A stretch of DNA of 64,000 nt, from positions 8,339 to 72,338 of the forward strand of contig JBOEGD010000027.1 in assembly GCA_050633245.1 (NCBI GenBank), in the 5' to 3' direction. Position 1 is the first letter of the stretch, and each line of letters starts with the position of its first letter. Origin of the DNA: Calditrichia bacterium (GTDB lineage: Bacteria; Calditrichota; Calditrichia; RBG-13-44-9; J075). Below, piece after piece: positions 1 through 10,144 of this stretch. Position numbers and translations under genes: made by a program. The notes beneath the pieces are model-generated. The model saw only the letters and a program-made list of their open reading frames with translations, had not been told where the DNA came from and made no database searches.

Positions 1-1
1 G

Positions 2-391
2 GTAAAATCTGAAACAGCTCCGACCGTCGAACGCATTGCTCAACTTGAAGAGCGCATCGCCGATTTGGAAACATCAAAAAAAGAACTTGCCGAGGAGTAT
101 GGTGAAGTAAAAATCGAAAGAGACGCAGTACAAGGTCTGGTTCAGGATCTTGAAAGCAATGGCGGTACCATATTGCAGCTGCTGATTTCTGCAGACTCCG
201 AGTTAAAAGACAAAAAGCTGAAGCAAATTAAGCTGCCAAAAGAAGTATTGATCGGCATGATTTCACGTGGTGAAGAAGTGATTATCCCGGATGGCAATAC
301 AGCAATTCTTGAAGGGGATAAGATCACGTTAATCGGAAAACGTGAAGACGTTGAAGAAGCAATGAAGGAATTTGACACGACGACGGTCTAG
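2..391 (+). CDS. 3' end of a protein with a coiled coil and a C-terminal TrkA-C (RCK-C) domain; start lies left of the window
   Basis: Frame is open from base 2 (VKSETAPTVERIAQLEERIADLE...). The C-terminus SELKDKKLKQIKLPKEVLIGMISRGEEVIIPDGNTAILEGDKITLIG is a typical TrkA-C motif. Confidence 0.75.
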   Translation, partial: VKSETAPTVERIAQLEERIADLETSKKELAEEYGEVKIERDAVQGLVQDLESNGGTILQLLISADSELKDKKLKQIKLPKEVLIGMISRGEEVIIPDGNTAILEGDKITLIGKREDVEEAMKEFDTTTV

Positions 392-394
392 AGA

Positions 395-447
395 ACTGGA
401 GCAGTTTTGAAGAAAGACTGGAGCAGTTTTAGAAATTGCTCCAGTCT
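395..447. terminator. Hairpin between convergent genes, preceded by a duplicated arm
   Basis: ACTGGAGCAGTTTT occurs at 395-408 and 417-430. AGACTGGAGCA (415-425) pairs with TGCTCCAGTCT (437-447). Confidence 0.6.
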
Positions 448-456
448 AAAGTCAGC

Positions 457-3345
457 TTACTTCAATAATACCATTCTACGATGCCTTACTTCATTTCCCG
501 CCTTCAAGCGCAGCAAATAAATTCCACTGGCAACCTGTGTATCGGCATCATTTAGACCATCCCATACCGTGCGATATGTTCCGGGGGCAAGACTGCCCGA
601 AGCCAGGGTGCGCACCTTTTGACCGGCAATATTATAGATCGTTAGCTCAATATCAGACGCTGATTCAATCTGAAATTCAATCGTCGTTTCCGGATTGAAT
701 GGGTTTGGGTAGTTTTGCTTCAACTTGAATCCTTGAGGGATCTCGGCAGATAATTCCTCAATACCGGTTAACAAGTCCGGTTCTGGTGGATCGAGACGAA
801 CGCTGGTAAGCAGCTTAAATTCGCCAGGCGCCAAATCAACCGTTTGGGTTGGAAAAAATACTTCAATACTGTCTCCGCTGAAATAATCGTACCACTGACC
901 ATTGCGGCTAAACTGTCCGGCAACTGGCTGTTGGGTAACACCGAAATTTCCAACAATCGTTACATCCATGGTTGGATGACTGAGAGAAATACGCTTCCTG
1001 CCATTCGAATTGCGAAGTGCTAAATCGACTTGTGTCGATGGACTATGAAAGACTTCCTGATCGCGCCGTAAATTGATTAAAGCAGCATAGGTGCGATAGA
1101 GTCGATTGCGATTGGTATCTCTGAAGTAATCCCAACGAATAGGCTTCTCCCCGACCCGCCCGTTAAAATCTATGCTAAAGTCATAGCCAACTTCTCCAAA
1201 CTGCCAAATCAACTTTGGCCCGGGAATGGTAAAGAAGAATGCCGCTGCAAGCTTTTCGCGATTCAGTGCTGTTTCAAAATCCTTGACGGAATAATTACCC
1301 GAGCTGTTACCAAACTCAAGGTTTTTATACATCAATCGCTCTTCATCATGGCTTTCCATATACGTAACCAGATGAGCCTTGCTCCAACCGCGTGTTCCAT
1401 AGTAACCCCAGGAAAAGTCCGAGTCGCCACCACCATTTCCGTGATAACCCATAGCGGCTTCACTGTAATTAAAGTTGTGATTACCCCAAATCAGCATGCC
1501 ATTACCATACTCGGCAAGCTCTTTTTCTTCAGAGTTATCCGCAAAATGCTCCAATATAACGTATGATTCAGGATCAACATCCCATACCTTATCCGCCATG
1601 CGTTTTAGAATTGCGATGCGAGCATTATCTCGTGCGCCACCATCTCCAGGCGTATTGGTAAATCCCTTTGTAAAGTCAAAGCGAAAACCGTCTATGCGGA
1701 ACTCTTCAATCCAGAATTTATTCACGCGGTCTACAAATGCTTTGGTATGTCGGCTTTCATGATCGAAGTCGTAACCAAAGGAGAATACCGGGTTTGGCGA
1801 AACCGTATTGAACCAGGGGTTGCTTGGCGTTGGCTGATCATTACTACCATCGAAGTAGAGCCGAACCAGAGGAGACTGACCATAGTTGTGGTTTAAAACG
1901 ATATCCATAATGATCGCAATTCCACGGTTATGGCATTCGTCGATAAATGCTTTGAGCTTATCGGCAGTGCCATAATATTTGTCAACTGCAAACATAAACG
2001 ACGTGTTGTATCCCCAACTGTTATTGCCCTCGAATTCGTTAAACGGCATCAGCTCAATTGCGTTCACGCCAAGGTTCTCGAGATAATCCAATGTATCGAT
2101 CATCGTTTCGTAGTCGTGACGTGCAATAAAGTCTCGCACCAGAAGTTCATAAATAACCAGCTCATCCTGCGCAGGACGCTGATAGTTAGTCGTTTGCCAC
2201 TGATATGGTTGCTGGTCGGTTTGAATTACACCTGTTGGTTGATCGGTCTTGTTAAACGGATAGGGCTTTAAGTTAGGATAGGTAACAGAGGGAATAAACT
2301 GATCATTCCACTGATCGAGTACCTTTTCGGTGTATGGATCGGCAATACGAATTTCACCGTCGACCAAATACTGAAAAGCATATTCCTGCTGTGAAGTCAG
2401 ATTATCGATCGTTACCCACCACATCACGCTGTCGGACGAATAAAACTTGCGATTCATGTAATAGGCATTATCTACCAGCCAGTCATTAAAATCACCGACA
2501 GCGTAGACGAAATCCTTGTATGGCGCTATTAATGCGAGTGTAACGCTGGTAGAATTGTTATAGTTAATACCCGGGATAGTTCCGGCCGGTGGATCGGCTT
2601 CAACCGGGTTATCCCGCACCATAATCACAAAGGCCGATGTATCGCTTGCCCCGGACGTATCGATGCCAATGGCAGAGAGTTCGGTAAAACCGCTGGTCAA
2701 TGTAGATGTGTCTAGCTGATAAAGCAGTGAGTCTTCGACCGTTTGTGCGACCTGCGTATTATTCACATATAGAGTCAATGAGGTAAGCTCACTACCGATT
2801 GCAGCGGCAGCAACCTTCACATCAACAATTTCATTTGAGGTCGTAAAATAAGGCGAACGACGTGGGTCCTCATACAGAACCGGTGCATTAGGCTCAACAA
2901 GCAGCACATTCAGCCCGGATTCGAAAAGATTTGCAAAGATATCTGCTCCACCAACGTCACGCCCGGTTCGAGTTTTATTCGCATTACGAAAAACGAAGGC
3001 AATTTGCAGTATTTGCTCATTTGCATTTGTGATACTATAGAACTGGCGTGGATTGCCTATCACCAGCTCATATAAATCAGTGCCAATTTTAGTCAGAGTC
3101 GGCTGGGCATTATTGTCACCCCAGTTGCCAATTACATTTGTCCAGCTGCCATTGCTCTCGCTGGTAATAACACCAGTGTGGGCATAAATGGTGCCGTTGA
3201 AGCCGGCCAAACCGCCGTCTCCTTCGGTGGCATCGAAGATGATCTTTATCGAATCGTTCTGAGTTGCAAACTGCGGCACGGTTGTAACCGGTTGCGCAAC
3301 GAGCGAAACGGTAAAGCAAATTATTAAAGCATATATCAGGCGCAT
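457..3345 (-). CDS. Secreted GH13 alpha-amylase-family enzyme with N-terminal Ig/CBM48-like modules and a C-terminal sorting (FlgD-Ig/T9SS type A-like) domain
   Basis: Signal peptide; GH13 motifs DIVLNH, GFRFDFTKG (nucleophile), VILEH (acid/base) and ESHDEER; C-terminal QNYPNPFNPETTI...SGIYLLRL...RMVLLK. Confidence 0.9.
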   Translation of the reverse strand: MRLIYALIICFTVSLVAQPVTTVPQFATQNDSIKIIFDATEGDGGLAGFNGTIYAHTGVITSESNGSWTNVIGNWGDNNAQPTLTKIGTDLYELVIGNPRQFYSITNANEQILQIAFVFRNANKTRTGRDVGGADIFANLFESGLNVLLVEPNAPVLYEDPRRSPYFTTSNEIVDVKVAAAAIGSELTSLTLYVNNTQVAQTVEDSLLYQLDTSTLTSGFTELSAIGIDTSGASDTSAFVIMVRDNPVEADPPAGTIPGINYNNSTSVTLALIAPYKDFVYAVGDFNDWLVDNAYYMNRKFYSSDSVMWWVTIDNLTSQQEYAFQYLVDGEIRIADPYTEKVLDQWNDQFIPSVTYPNLKPYPFNKTDQPTGVIQTDQQPYQWQTTNYQRPAQDELVIYELLVRDFIARHDYETMIDTLDYLENLGVNAIELMPFNEFEGNNSWGYNTSFMFAVDKYYGTADKLKAFIDECHNRGIAIIMDIVLNHNYGQSPLVRLYFDGSNDQPTPSNPWFNTVSPNPVFSFGYDFDHESRHTKAFVDRVNKFWIEEFRIDGFRFDFTKGFTNTPGDGGARDNARIAILKRMADKVWDVDPESYVILEHFADNSEEKELAEYGNGMLIWGNHNFNYSEAAMGYHGNGGGDSDFSWGYYGTRGWSKAHLVTYMESHDEERLMYKNLEFGNSSGNYSVKDFETALNREKLAAAFFFTIPGPKLIWQFGEVGYDFSIDFNGRVGEKPIRWDYFRDTNRNRLYRTYAALINLRRDQEVFHSPSTQVDLALRNSNGRKRISLSHPTMDVTIVGNFGVTQQPVAGQFSRNGQWYDYFSGDSIEVFFPTQTVDLAPGEFKLLTSVRLDPPEPDLLTGIEELSAEIPQGFKLKQNYPNPFNPETTIEFQIESASDIELTIYNIAGQKVRTLASGSLAPGTYRTVWDGLNDADTQVASGIYLLRLKAGNEVRHRRMVLLK

Positions 3346-3360
3346 ATTAAGCTCCGCTAT

Positions 3361-4188
3361 TTATGGGTTTGGGTTTTTATCATTATTCATTTTTTTCGCA
3401 GCATAAAGCACAGCTTCAAAGGGTAACATTTGTTCCAGGTACAGCTCTGTTGCACGAACACTCTCCGTTGAATCGGCAAGGTTAGTCAATTGGAAATGCT
3501 GATACGCCTGCTTCAGTTCGGGATGAACAGCAAATTTAACGTTCGTAACGGCCCGGTTCTGCAAATTCACCAGCACGGCAATAATTGAATCATCATCTTC
3601 GCGGATAAACCCGGCAGCAGAGCCGCTCATCATCATCGCACCAAGCGGCATGTAGCGGCCTTGTTTTAGGCAGGAATAGGTATTGCGCAAGTCTATTAGC
3701 ATTCGATAAAGCGCATTCACTCCGCTCTCGCTATTGAGTATCTCGGCTTCCTGGCGCTGCGTTAGTGCCGGAACTCCCGGCAGCGTAAACTGCAGCGTCG
3801 CGCACGCAGTAATAGCGCGCAATCCGAAGGTTTCCCGCGTTGTTGGTCCCGAATGTCTTTCGGTGCAGAGTAACTTGTCTGCTCGCTTCTCTTCAAGCAA
3901 GCTTTTCTCAACAAAAGACAACAGTTCCGAGCTTCGCGCATCTCCGCTTATAATTCGTTCGAGCGTGGTTGCGAAGACCGGTTCACAAGAAGAATTTTCA
4001 TTCTGCACCAGGTATGGAGCGGCTGCATGACGAGATGCTTCAACATCAAAAATCAGTGCGCGCTGCGAGGCAGTAGACAGAAACCTCGCCTCGTCGCAGG
4101 ACAGGAGCAATATAAGCGTTCCTGCAATCAGAAATCTCAGCACAACTGAAACCGACCACTTTTTGTCTGATAAATTTGCTAAGCACAT
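3361..4188 (-). CDS. Lipoprotein resembling the degenerate C-terminal part of a GH13 enzyme, probably non-catalytic
   Basis: Lipobox LLLSC. FTLPGVP, LYRMLIDLR...LKQG and the final beta-domain match GH13 C-termini, but there is no nucleophile or acid motif and the HD motif reads ERHS. Confidence 0.6.
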   Translation of the reverse strand: MCLANLSDKKWSVSVVLRFLIAGTLILLLSCDEARFLSTASQRALIFDVEASRHAAAPYLVQNENSSCEPVFATTLERIISGDARSSELLSFVEKSLLEEKRADKLLCTERHSGPTTRETFGLRAITACATLQFTLPGVPALTQRQEAEILNSESGVNALYRMLIDLRNTYSCLKQGRYMPLGAMMMSGSAAGFIREDDDSIIAVLVNLQNRAVTNVKFAVHPELKQAYQHFQLTNLADSTESVRATELYLEQMLPFEAVLYAAKKMNNDKNPNP

Positions 4189-4261
4189 TATTGATGAATC
4201 CTAAAGTCCAACTCCAATTGGTACAGTCCGATGAGCCTAAATAGTATGGGTCTTAGCTTTG

Positions 4262-5197
4262 CTACTTCGACTCTTTAATCAGCCTCTTCTGCTGCTCACC
4301 GTCTCCATCATTTGCCTGGCGGATGGTTCTATTTAGCGCCTCATAAATATTTCGATTACGATAAGGCGTTGCATTATTTAGCCAGGGGTTATCAGGAAAT
4401 TTTTCGTGCATCAACTGTCCAAGAATCTCAAGTTCGCCAGGATGCGTTTCAATTACCACATCCGCAACATCAATTCCCATTCTAAGTCCAAACAATGTTA
4501 TATCGAGTACAACATGGTTAACGGCAATCATAACAATCGCCTTATTGTTCGTCCAGGCAACTTTGCGAACTTCTTTTTTATTTGCCTCTCCCATAAGGAG
4601 TTCTTCCATATCACGCACCAGAATAATCTTATTATCAGATGCTTCAGCCAGCTTCTTTTCATTCAAACCATAGCTAAATACCCGACCGATATCAGGTAGC
4701 TCCGTTAGCGAAAAAAGAACCACCTTTACACCGCGCTTTTCGGCTTTTCGCAATGCGTCTTCCAGTTCTGCAACTTCGCGGGCCCATGCAGAGAGATAGA
4801 TTTCGGTTTCCGCTCCGCTTATCATTTCACGCGCTTTGATGAGCAAATTCTCATATCCGGTAATATCCCAAAGATTACCCATTTCTAAGTTTACCTTCAG
4901 TCCGGCAACGCTATCGTAGAATTTGCGAATTTTATCATTATATCGATTTTCCAACAGTTCGGTAAACTGTTCCGGAGGCAATGGCATATACTTTTCCGGA
5001 CTGCGCGAAATAACATTCACCGCACCGGTCTCTTCCAACCGATGTATAACATCATAAATTGCAGAACGCGGCACCCCGCTTTTTTTACTGATTTCATAGC
5101 GCGTGGCGGGATGGTTCTGTAGCAAACAAACGTAGGCTTTTGCTTCATAAAGCGTAAAGCCTAATTCTGTCATTTTTTGAGCAATATTCGTTAACAT
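4262..5197 (-). CDS. TrmB-family sugar-responsive transcriptional regulator
   Basis: N-terminal LGFTLYEAKAY...EISKKSGVPRSAIYDVIHRL winged HTH, followed by a PLD-like effector domain (AETEIYLSAW...GVKV). Confidence 0.9.
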   Translation of the reverse strand: MLTNIAQKMTELGFTLYEAKAYVCLLQNHPATRYEISKKSGVPRSAIYDVIHRLEETGAVNVISRSPEKYMPLPPEQFTELLENRYNDKIRKFYDSVAGLKVNLEMGNLWDITGYENLLIKAREMISGAETEIYLSAWAREVAELEDALRKAEKRGVKVVLFSLTELPDIGRVFSYGLNEKKLAEASDNKIILVRDMEELLMGEANKKEVRKVAWTNNKAIVMIAVNHVVLDITLFGLRMGIDVADVVIETHPGELEILGQLMHEKFPDNPWLNNATPYRNRNIYEALNRTIRQANDGDGEQQKRLIKESK

Positions 5198-5292
5198 GTC
5201 TCCTATTGCCGTATTGCATCAAGCACGGCAATCCTCATACGTTTATTTGTCCTTTAATTGCGCCGGTACGCCCTAACTACCAGCACTTACGT

Positions 5293-6135
5293 TTACCCTT
5301 TAACACTTCCCAATGTTAGCCCGGATATAAGCCAGCGGCTCACAAACATAAACAGTAGAACTACAGGAATACTGACAATGATCGCTCCGGAGGCATATAG
5401 TCCCCACGAGGCTTCCATATTGGCCTGAAAACTTTTCAATCCGAGCGGCAGTGTGAAATAGTCTGTGTTTTGAATTAGCACTACAGCAACCAAATACTCC
5501 GACCAGGCTGTCATAAATGAGAAGAGTGCGGTAATTGCCAGAGCTGGCAGCGCCAGAGGCAGAATAATCTTATAAAATGTATAGGCTGGGGAAGCGCCAT
5601 CGATCATGGCTGCTTCTTCCAGACTGTAGGGAATCGTATCGTAATAGCCCTTCATCTGCCAGATGGTAAACGGCAATGCCGTCGCTGAATATGCGATTAT
5701 CAAGCCCAGAAAGGAATCATAAAGCCCGAGGTTAATCAGCAATATAAATAGCGGTAGCAACAGCATACTTACCGGAAACATCTGTGTGGTTATTATGGCA
5801 ATCATGAACTGCGAACGTCCGGGAAACTTAAAACGCGAAAAAGCATAGCCTGCTGTTACAGCTAGCCCGACACCAACAATAGTCACTGCAATACTAATAA
5901 GCAGGCTGTTTCCCATCCATATTAGAAACGGCTCTTCAAAGAAGAGGCGATAATAGGAGTCAAAGTTAGCGCCTTCCGGAATAATTTCCAGAGAACGGGT
6001 AAGCAGTCTATCCCCCGGACGCAGTGAAATAGAAAAAACCCGCAGCACCGGATAAATGGCGAACAGTGTAAAAAGGGTAAGAATCGAATATGCACCGATC
6101 TTGCCCTTTGTCGATAGTTCTCTTGCCTTGCTCAT
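5293..6135 (-). CDS. malG: Maltose/maltodextrin ABC transporter permease (MalG-like)
   Basis: Six TM segments; EAA loop IPYSLEEAAMIDGAS; C-terminal GLTLGSVKG. Confidence 0.85.
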   Translation of the reverse strand: MSKARELSTKGKIGAYSILTLFTLFAIYPVLRVFSISLRPGDRLLTRSLEIIPEGANFDSYYRLFFEEPFLIWMGNSLLISIAVTIVGVGLAVTAGYAFSRFKFPGRSQFMIAIITTQMFPVSMLLLPLFILLINLGLYDSFLGLIIAYSATALPFTIWQMKGYYDTIPYSLEEAAMIDGASPAYTFYKIILPLALPALAITALFSFMTAWSEYLVAVVLIQNTDYFTLPLGLKSFQANMEASWGLYASGAIIVSIPVVLLFMFVSRWLISGLTLGSVKG

Positions 6136-6144
6136 AATCTTACC

Positions 6145-7041
6145 TTAACCGTATACGTTTTCTGTTGCGCTGGTTTTCTTGATAAACCGCCAACTAAAGA
6201 GAAAGAGAATCACAAAAATGACCATAGAAAAGGCAGCGGCATAACCCATTCGATAGTAAAAGAAAGCCGCGCGATATACCCAACTCACCAAGATATGTGA
6301 GGTTTCAGAGGGTTCTCCGCCATTGCTCACCAGCCAGACGACGTTAAAATTGTTGAATGTCCAAATCACACCAAGCACAATAGCAGGCACCATCACCGGC
6401 TTTAACATCGGAAGCGTCACATTGCGAAACTTTTGCCAGGCGCTAGCGCCATCGATGTCTGCGGCTTCGTAAAGTTCATCGGGAATACTTTGTAAGCCCC
6501 CCAGTGCAATTACCATCATAAACGGAAAGCCGAGCCAGATATTCGTTATCAAACAGGCGGTAAAGGCTCCCCATTCTGTTGATAACCAGGGAAGCGTAAA
6601 GTTAAAATATTGATCGAGAATGAGATTGACCGCGCCGTATTCCGAATTGAACATACCGCGCCAGGTTAGCGCGGTAATGTACTGTGGAACTGCCCAGGGC
6701 AATATAAGCAAGAGACGAAAGATGGATTTACCCTTCAAATTCTTGTTGAGAATTAGGGCGAGAAAAACGCCAATGCCTACATGAAAGACCAGATTTAATA
6801 CCGTCCAGAGCACCGTCTTAAAACCGAAGTACCAAAATGTGCCACTGGTAAGCACATTGATATAGTTACCAAACCCCTTTACCCCGGGATCGCGAAAATT
6901 GGTAAGGTTCATATTTGAAAAGGAAATAATTACGTTGTAAACAAACGGATAAAAAACCACCAGGCCCATAACAATAATGGCCGGTAGCAAAAACAAATAC
7001 GCCGTTTTTATGGTACTTTTCTGTGCCGATTTTGACGCCAC
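6145..7041 (-). CDS. Maltose/maltodextrin ABC transporter permease (MalF/MalC-like)
   Basis: ILPWAVP, WLGFPFMM and LQSIPDELYEAADIDGAS motifs. Confidence 0.85.
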   Translation of the reverse strand: MASKSAQKSTIKTAYLFLLPAIIVMGLVVFYPFVYNVIISFSNMNLTNFRDPGVKGFGNYINVLTSGTFWYFGFKTVLWTVLNLVFHVGIGVFLALILNKNLKGKSIFRLLLILPWAVPQYITALTWRGMFNSEYGAVNLILDQYFNFTLPWLSTEWGAFTACLITNIWLGFPFMMVIALGGLQSIPDELYEAADIDGASAWQKFRNVTLPMLKPVMVPAIVLGVIWTFNNFNVVWLVSNGGEPSETSHILVSWVYRAAFFYYRMGYAAAFSMVIFVILFLFSWRFIKKTSATENVYG

Positions 7042-7049
7042 GCTATCCC

Positions 7050-8306
7050 CTATTCCCGGTTTTCTTTTATGAGCTGAATCGCGTCACTCTGCATACGCTT
7101 TGCAGCTTCTTCCGGTGTAAAATCTCCGGTAAAAATGCCTTGATAGGCCGGGCGCATACCGTCCCAAATCCAACGTAGTTCAGTAATTATTGGCATCGGC
7201 CTGCCAGCCTTCAACTGATCTGTTGCAGCTTGATAAAGTGGATCGGCATTTAGAGTCGAATCACTCATTAAATCCACTCGTGTGGGTATCAGATTGAACC
7301 CCCTGGCGAATTCAAGCTGCGTTTCAGATGAGGTGAGATAGCGAAGAAGCTTCGTAGCAATATCCAGCTGTTTGCCCTTCAGGTTCACATTCATACAGTA
7401 TCCTACCGGTGAAACAATCGGCGTAGCCCACTGTCCTGTTACATCATGCCGCGGGATGCGTGCAAGCCCAATATCCATGCCACGGTTGATATAGGTTCCC
7501 CAGGACCACGGCCCATTGATGATCATAGCTGCACGTTCATCCAGAAAAAGTGCATTTGCCGTCTCGTAATCCGATTCTTTAGGAATAATCTTATGTTTGT
7601 TCGCAAGATCGTAAATGTATTGAGAAGCATTAACAACAGCATCGGTATCAAGAGTAGGCTGGTTATTTTCATCAATTAACCAACCGCCATACATGCCAAG
7701 GAAAGGGATAAAGAAGTAAGGCTCGAGAAAATTCCAGGCCAGCGCGTAGCGATCCGGCTTACCATCGCCATCATTATCACGAGCAAGTTCCTTACCCATC
7801 GTTATCAGGTCGGCACTGGTTTCGGGTGGAATGGGAACCAGTTTCTTATTGTAAACGAGACAGAGATGATTGCCAATACGATCGGCAATCTGATACAACT
7901 TACCGTCAAAAACGCTATTAGCGGTATACGGTTCGGTTAGAAAGCTATCCAGATAGCTTTTGCTGAATAAGTCATCGAGAGGACGAATGACCTGAAGCTC
8001 GGAAAGTGGCCCAACATTATCACTGGCGCAGTGCACAAGCGCAGGTCCCTTGCCGGCAAGCGCGGAAACCATGAAGTTGCTGCGCAATTCTTCTGTCTGA
8101 TAGTAAATTTGTTGAAACGTATAGCCAGGGTATTGTTTGGCGAACTCTTGAAGTTTTACATCAATTGCAGCGCGTTCTACCGGTCTGAGGGTCGTCCAGA
8201 TAGTAATGCGATTTTCAGCTTCATTTGAACATGAAAATGGCGTTACCATAAGGCATAAGAGCAGCAGGTAGGTAACAATGCGGATGATGTAAATACGTGT
8301 GTTCAT
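7050..8306 (-). CDS. Maltodextrin-binding lipoprotein (MalE-like) of the ABC transporter
   Basis: Start reassigned to the ATG at 8306 (MNTRIY...PFSC lipobox). LVYNKKL and AAMIINGPW are MalE-family motifs. Confidence 0.85.
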   Translation of the reverse strand: MNTRIYIIRIVTYLLLLCLMVTPFSCSNEAENRITIWTTLRPVERAAIDVKLQEFAKQYPGYTFQQIYYQTEELRSNFMVSALAGKGPALVHCASDNVGPLSELQVIRPLDDLFSKSYLDSFLTEPYTANSVFDGKLYQIADRIGNHLCLVYNKKLVPIPPETSADLITMGKELARDNDGDGKPDRYALAWNFLEPYFFIPFLGMYGGWLIDENNQPTLDTDAVVNASQYIYDLANKHKIIPKESDYETANALFLDERAAMIINGPWSWGTYINRGMDIGLARIPRHDVTGQWATPIVSPVGYCMNVNLKGKQLDIATKLLRYLTSSETQLEFARGFNLIPTRVDLMSDSTLNADPLYQAATDQLKAGRPMPIITELRWIWDGMRPAYQGIFTGDFTPEEAAKRMQSDAIQLIKENRE

Positions 8307-8421
8307 AGAACCGATCGTTTGTGCTCTCCCAGACAGAGAGTATCTCTCTTTAGTCTGAAGCAGCGTATAAATAATTTTGAGAGCCGTCTTCAGTACAGGC
8401 TCGAGGATTGATGTTAAAGTA

Positions 8422-8445
8422 TGCCCCGGGCTTTCGCCCGGGACA
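8422..8445 (-). terminator. GC-rich hairpin with GAAA tetraloop (terminator or stabiliser) between the secreted binding-protein gene and the ABC genes
   Basis: Minus strand reads CCCGGGC-GAAA-GCCCGGG, about 45 nt after the stop at 8491; the U-tract is weak. Confidence 0.5.
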
Positions 8446-8490
8446 CATGACAAGAGGAAAGCATCTAGCGATAACTGTAATGATGCTTTT

Positions 8491-10014
8491 TTAGCGCATC
8501 AGGACCATCTTGCGCGTTTGAGTTTGATTTGCAACTGTCAGCGTGTAGAAATAAATACCGCTCGTTACGGACTGTCCAAGATCATTGGTAGCATCCCACT
8601 TCACGTTGTGAGTGCCCGGTGCAACTTGACCATTGAAAAGTGAACGAACTTTCTGACCGAGCATATTGAAAACGGTTACGCTTACATCTGCATTGCGACT
8701 AACAGAAAAGTCGATAGTCGTTTCCGGGTTGAACGGGTTCGGATAGTTCTGCTCGAGAGAGAAAGATGCCGGGAACTGCTCAGCTTCGTCGCCGATACCT
8801 ACGATAAATGGCGGAGTCTCAACAACCAGCGGCGGATTCTCGGTGTAGGTGTCCAAATCGAACGTCCATGTTGCAGGATAGTTGCCACCCCCGTCAGGAC
8901 GGATATAGCGTGTACGACTCTTACCAAAGTTAAAGCCACCGCCCTCTGCAAGAGTTGCAGAAGCACTATCACCGAATGCGACACGGTAAACCAATGCATA
9001 GTAGGTAGGACCGGAAATATCGAAAGACAATTCGTAGATCATGTCGTTATTTGCATCAGTGTATTCCAGAGTTTCCTGAACACCACGCTGCGGATCCCAG
9101 CCCTGAGTGCTACCGAAGAACTGATCTTCACCACTAAAGTATACCTTGTCTGTTCCCGGAACAAATGGGTCAGCCAATGTAGTAGCAGGAGTCATGTCTA
9201 CAGAGAAATTCAGCGTTACGGAACCGTTAACAATACCTTCCGGCGGAATATCCATGAAGTAGCCCTGCGGTGCAGCCTGCTGATTCATTGTTCCCTCAAA
9301 AGCAACCTGGCGGTTACCACCACCCTGAGTTGGCGGTTCTTCCCAACCATCAATATTACCATGAGCAAGCGTATCGATAATCATATAATGCTTATAGTTA
9401 ACTGTCTCACCAATAGGAGAGAAAATATTACCATTCAGCTCATAGAAGCCTGGCTGGCCAGCAGAAGGATCCATGGTGCTGTTGTCCGGAGTCGGGCCCC
9501 AGCCATTAAATCCACCACGAACTTCCAGTCCATCATTTGCAGCACCCGGCGTAAAAATGCCAAGCGTTTGAAACGGATTGGTATCTACTTGGAAAAAGAC
9601 CGTTCCATCAACTGCCGGAGGATCTATTACCTGGTCATCATCAAAGAAAACAACCGGCAGCGTTTGTGTTCCACCAGTAATATCGACATTGCGGTCGCCA
9701 ATAGCATCTTCCCAGAGCTCACCAGCAGTAACAATCATGACATGCTTATAGATTGCATTGGTTTCTGCGACGTTATAGGTACCTACATAAACAGAATCAG
9801 TACCGCCAGACGTGTTCGTCAAAACTTCTGCCACACCGGCCCAGCCGTTCATGTTACCGCGAATGACAACAATATCAGTTCCATTGCCGGGATTAAATAG
9901 AGCTTCCTGCTGCTTTACGGACATATCAACCTGAAAGGTGATATCGCCCTGAGCAAAAACATTACCTACCATCAGCGAAACGCATATCGCGACTATAGTA
10001 GTAAAACGTTTCAT
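8491..10014 (-). CDS. Secreted protein with three CBM20-like repeats (putative starch binding) and a C-terminal sorting domain
   Basis: Signal peptide; repeats ITFQVDMS / VFFQVDTN / LNFSVDMT, with RG.[MF]NGW in the first two; QNYPNPFNPETTI C-terminal domain; no catalytic motif seen. Confidence 0.7.
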   Translation of the reverse strand: MKRFTTIVAICVSLMVGNVFAQGDITFQVDMSVKQQEALFNPGNGTDIVVIRGNMNGWAGVAEVLTNTSGGTDSVYVGTYNVAETNAIYKHVMIVTAGELWEDAIGDRNVDITGGTQTLPVVFFDDDQVIDPPAVDGTVFFQVDTNPFQTLGIFTPGAANDGLEVRGGFNGWGPTPDNSTMDPSAGQPGFYELNGNIFSPIGETVNYKHYMIIDTLAHGNIDGWEEPPTQGGGNRQVAFEGTMNQQAAPQGYFMDIPPEGIVNGSVTLNFSVDMTPATTLADPFVPGTDKVYFSGEDQFFGSTQGWDPQRGVQETLEYTDANNDMIYELSFDISGPTYYALVYRVAFGDSASATLAEGGGFNFGKSRTRYIRPDGGGNYPATWTFDLDTYTENPPLVVETPPFIVGIGDEAEQFPASFSLEQNYPNPFNPETTIDFSVSRNADVSVTVFNMLGQKVRSLFNGQVAPGTHNVKWDATNDLGQSVTSGIYFYTLTVANQTQTRKMVLMR

Positions 10015-10144
10015 AATTATTCCTCCGTTAGAATAAATGAATTAATTTCTGAGTAAATCCTTAATACAACATCAAACTCAAACAACACAGTTACAGCCTG
10101 AATTCCTCCTTCTTATTACTTAAGGGGTCCTTATTTCTCACACT

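Noticed and set aside
5205-5232. Inverted repeat ATTGCCGT/ACGGCAAT before trmB as an autoregulatory operator
   Set aside because: It does not resemble the 19505 palindrome and is more simply an mRNA hairpin; the evidence is insufficient.
8307-8453. N-terminal extension of the MalE-like ORF in the track
   Set aside because: It runs through an intergenic hairpin; the lipoprotein signal begins at the ATG at 8306.
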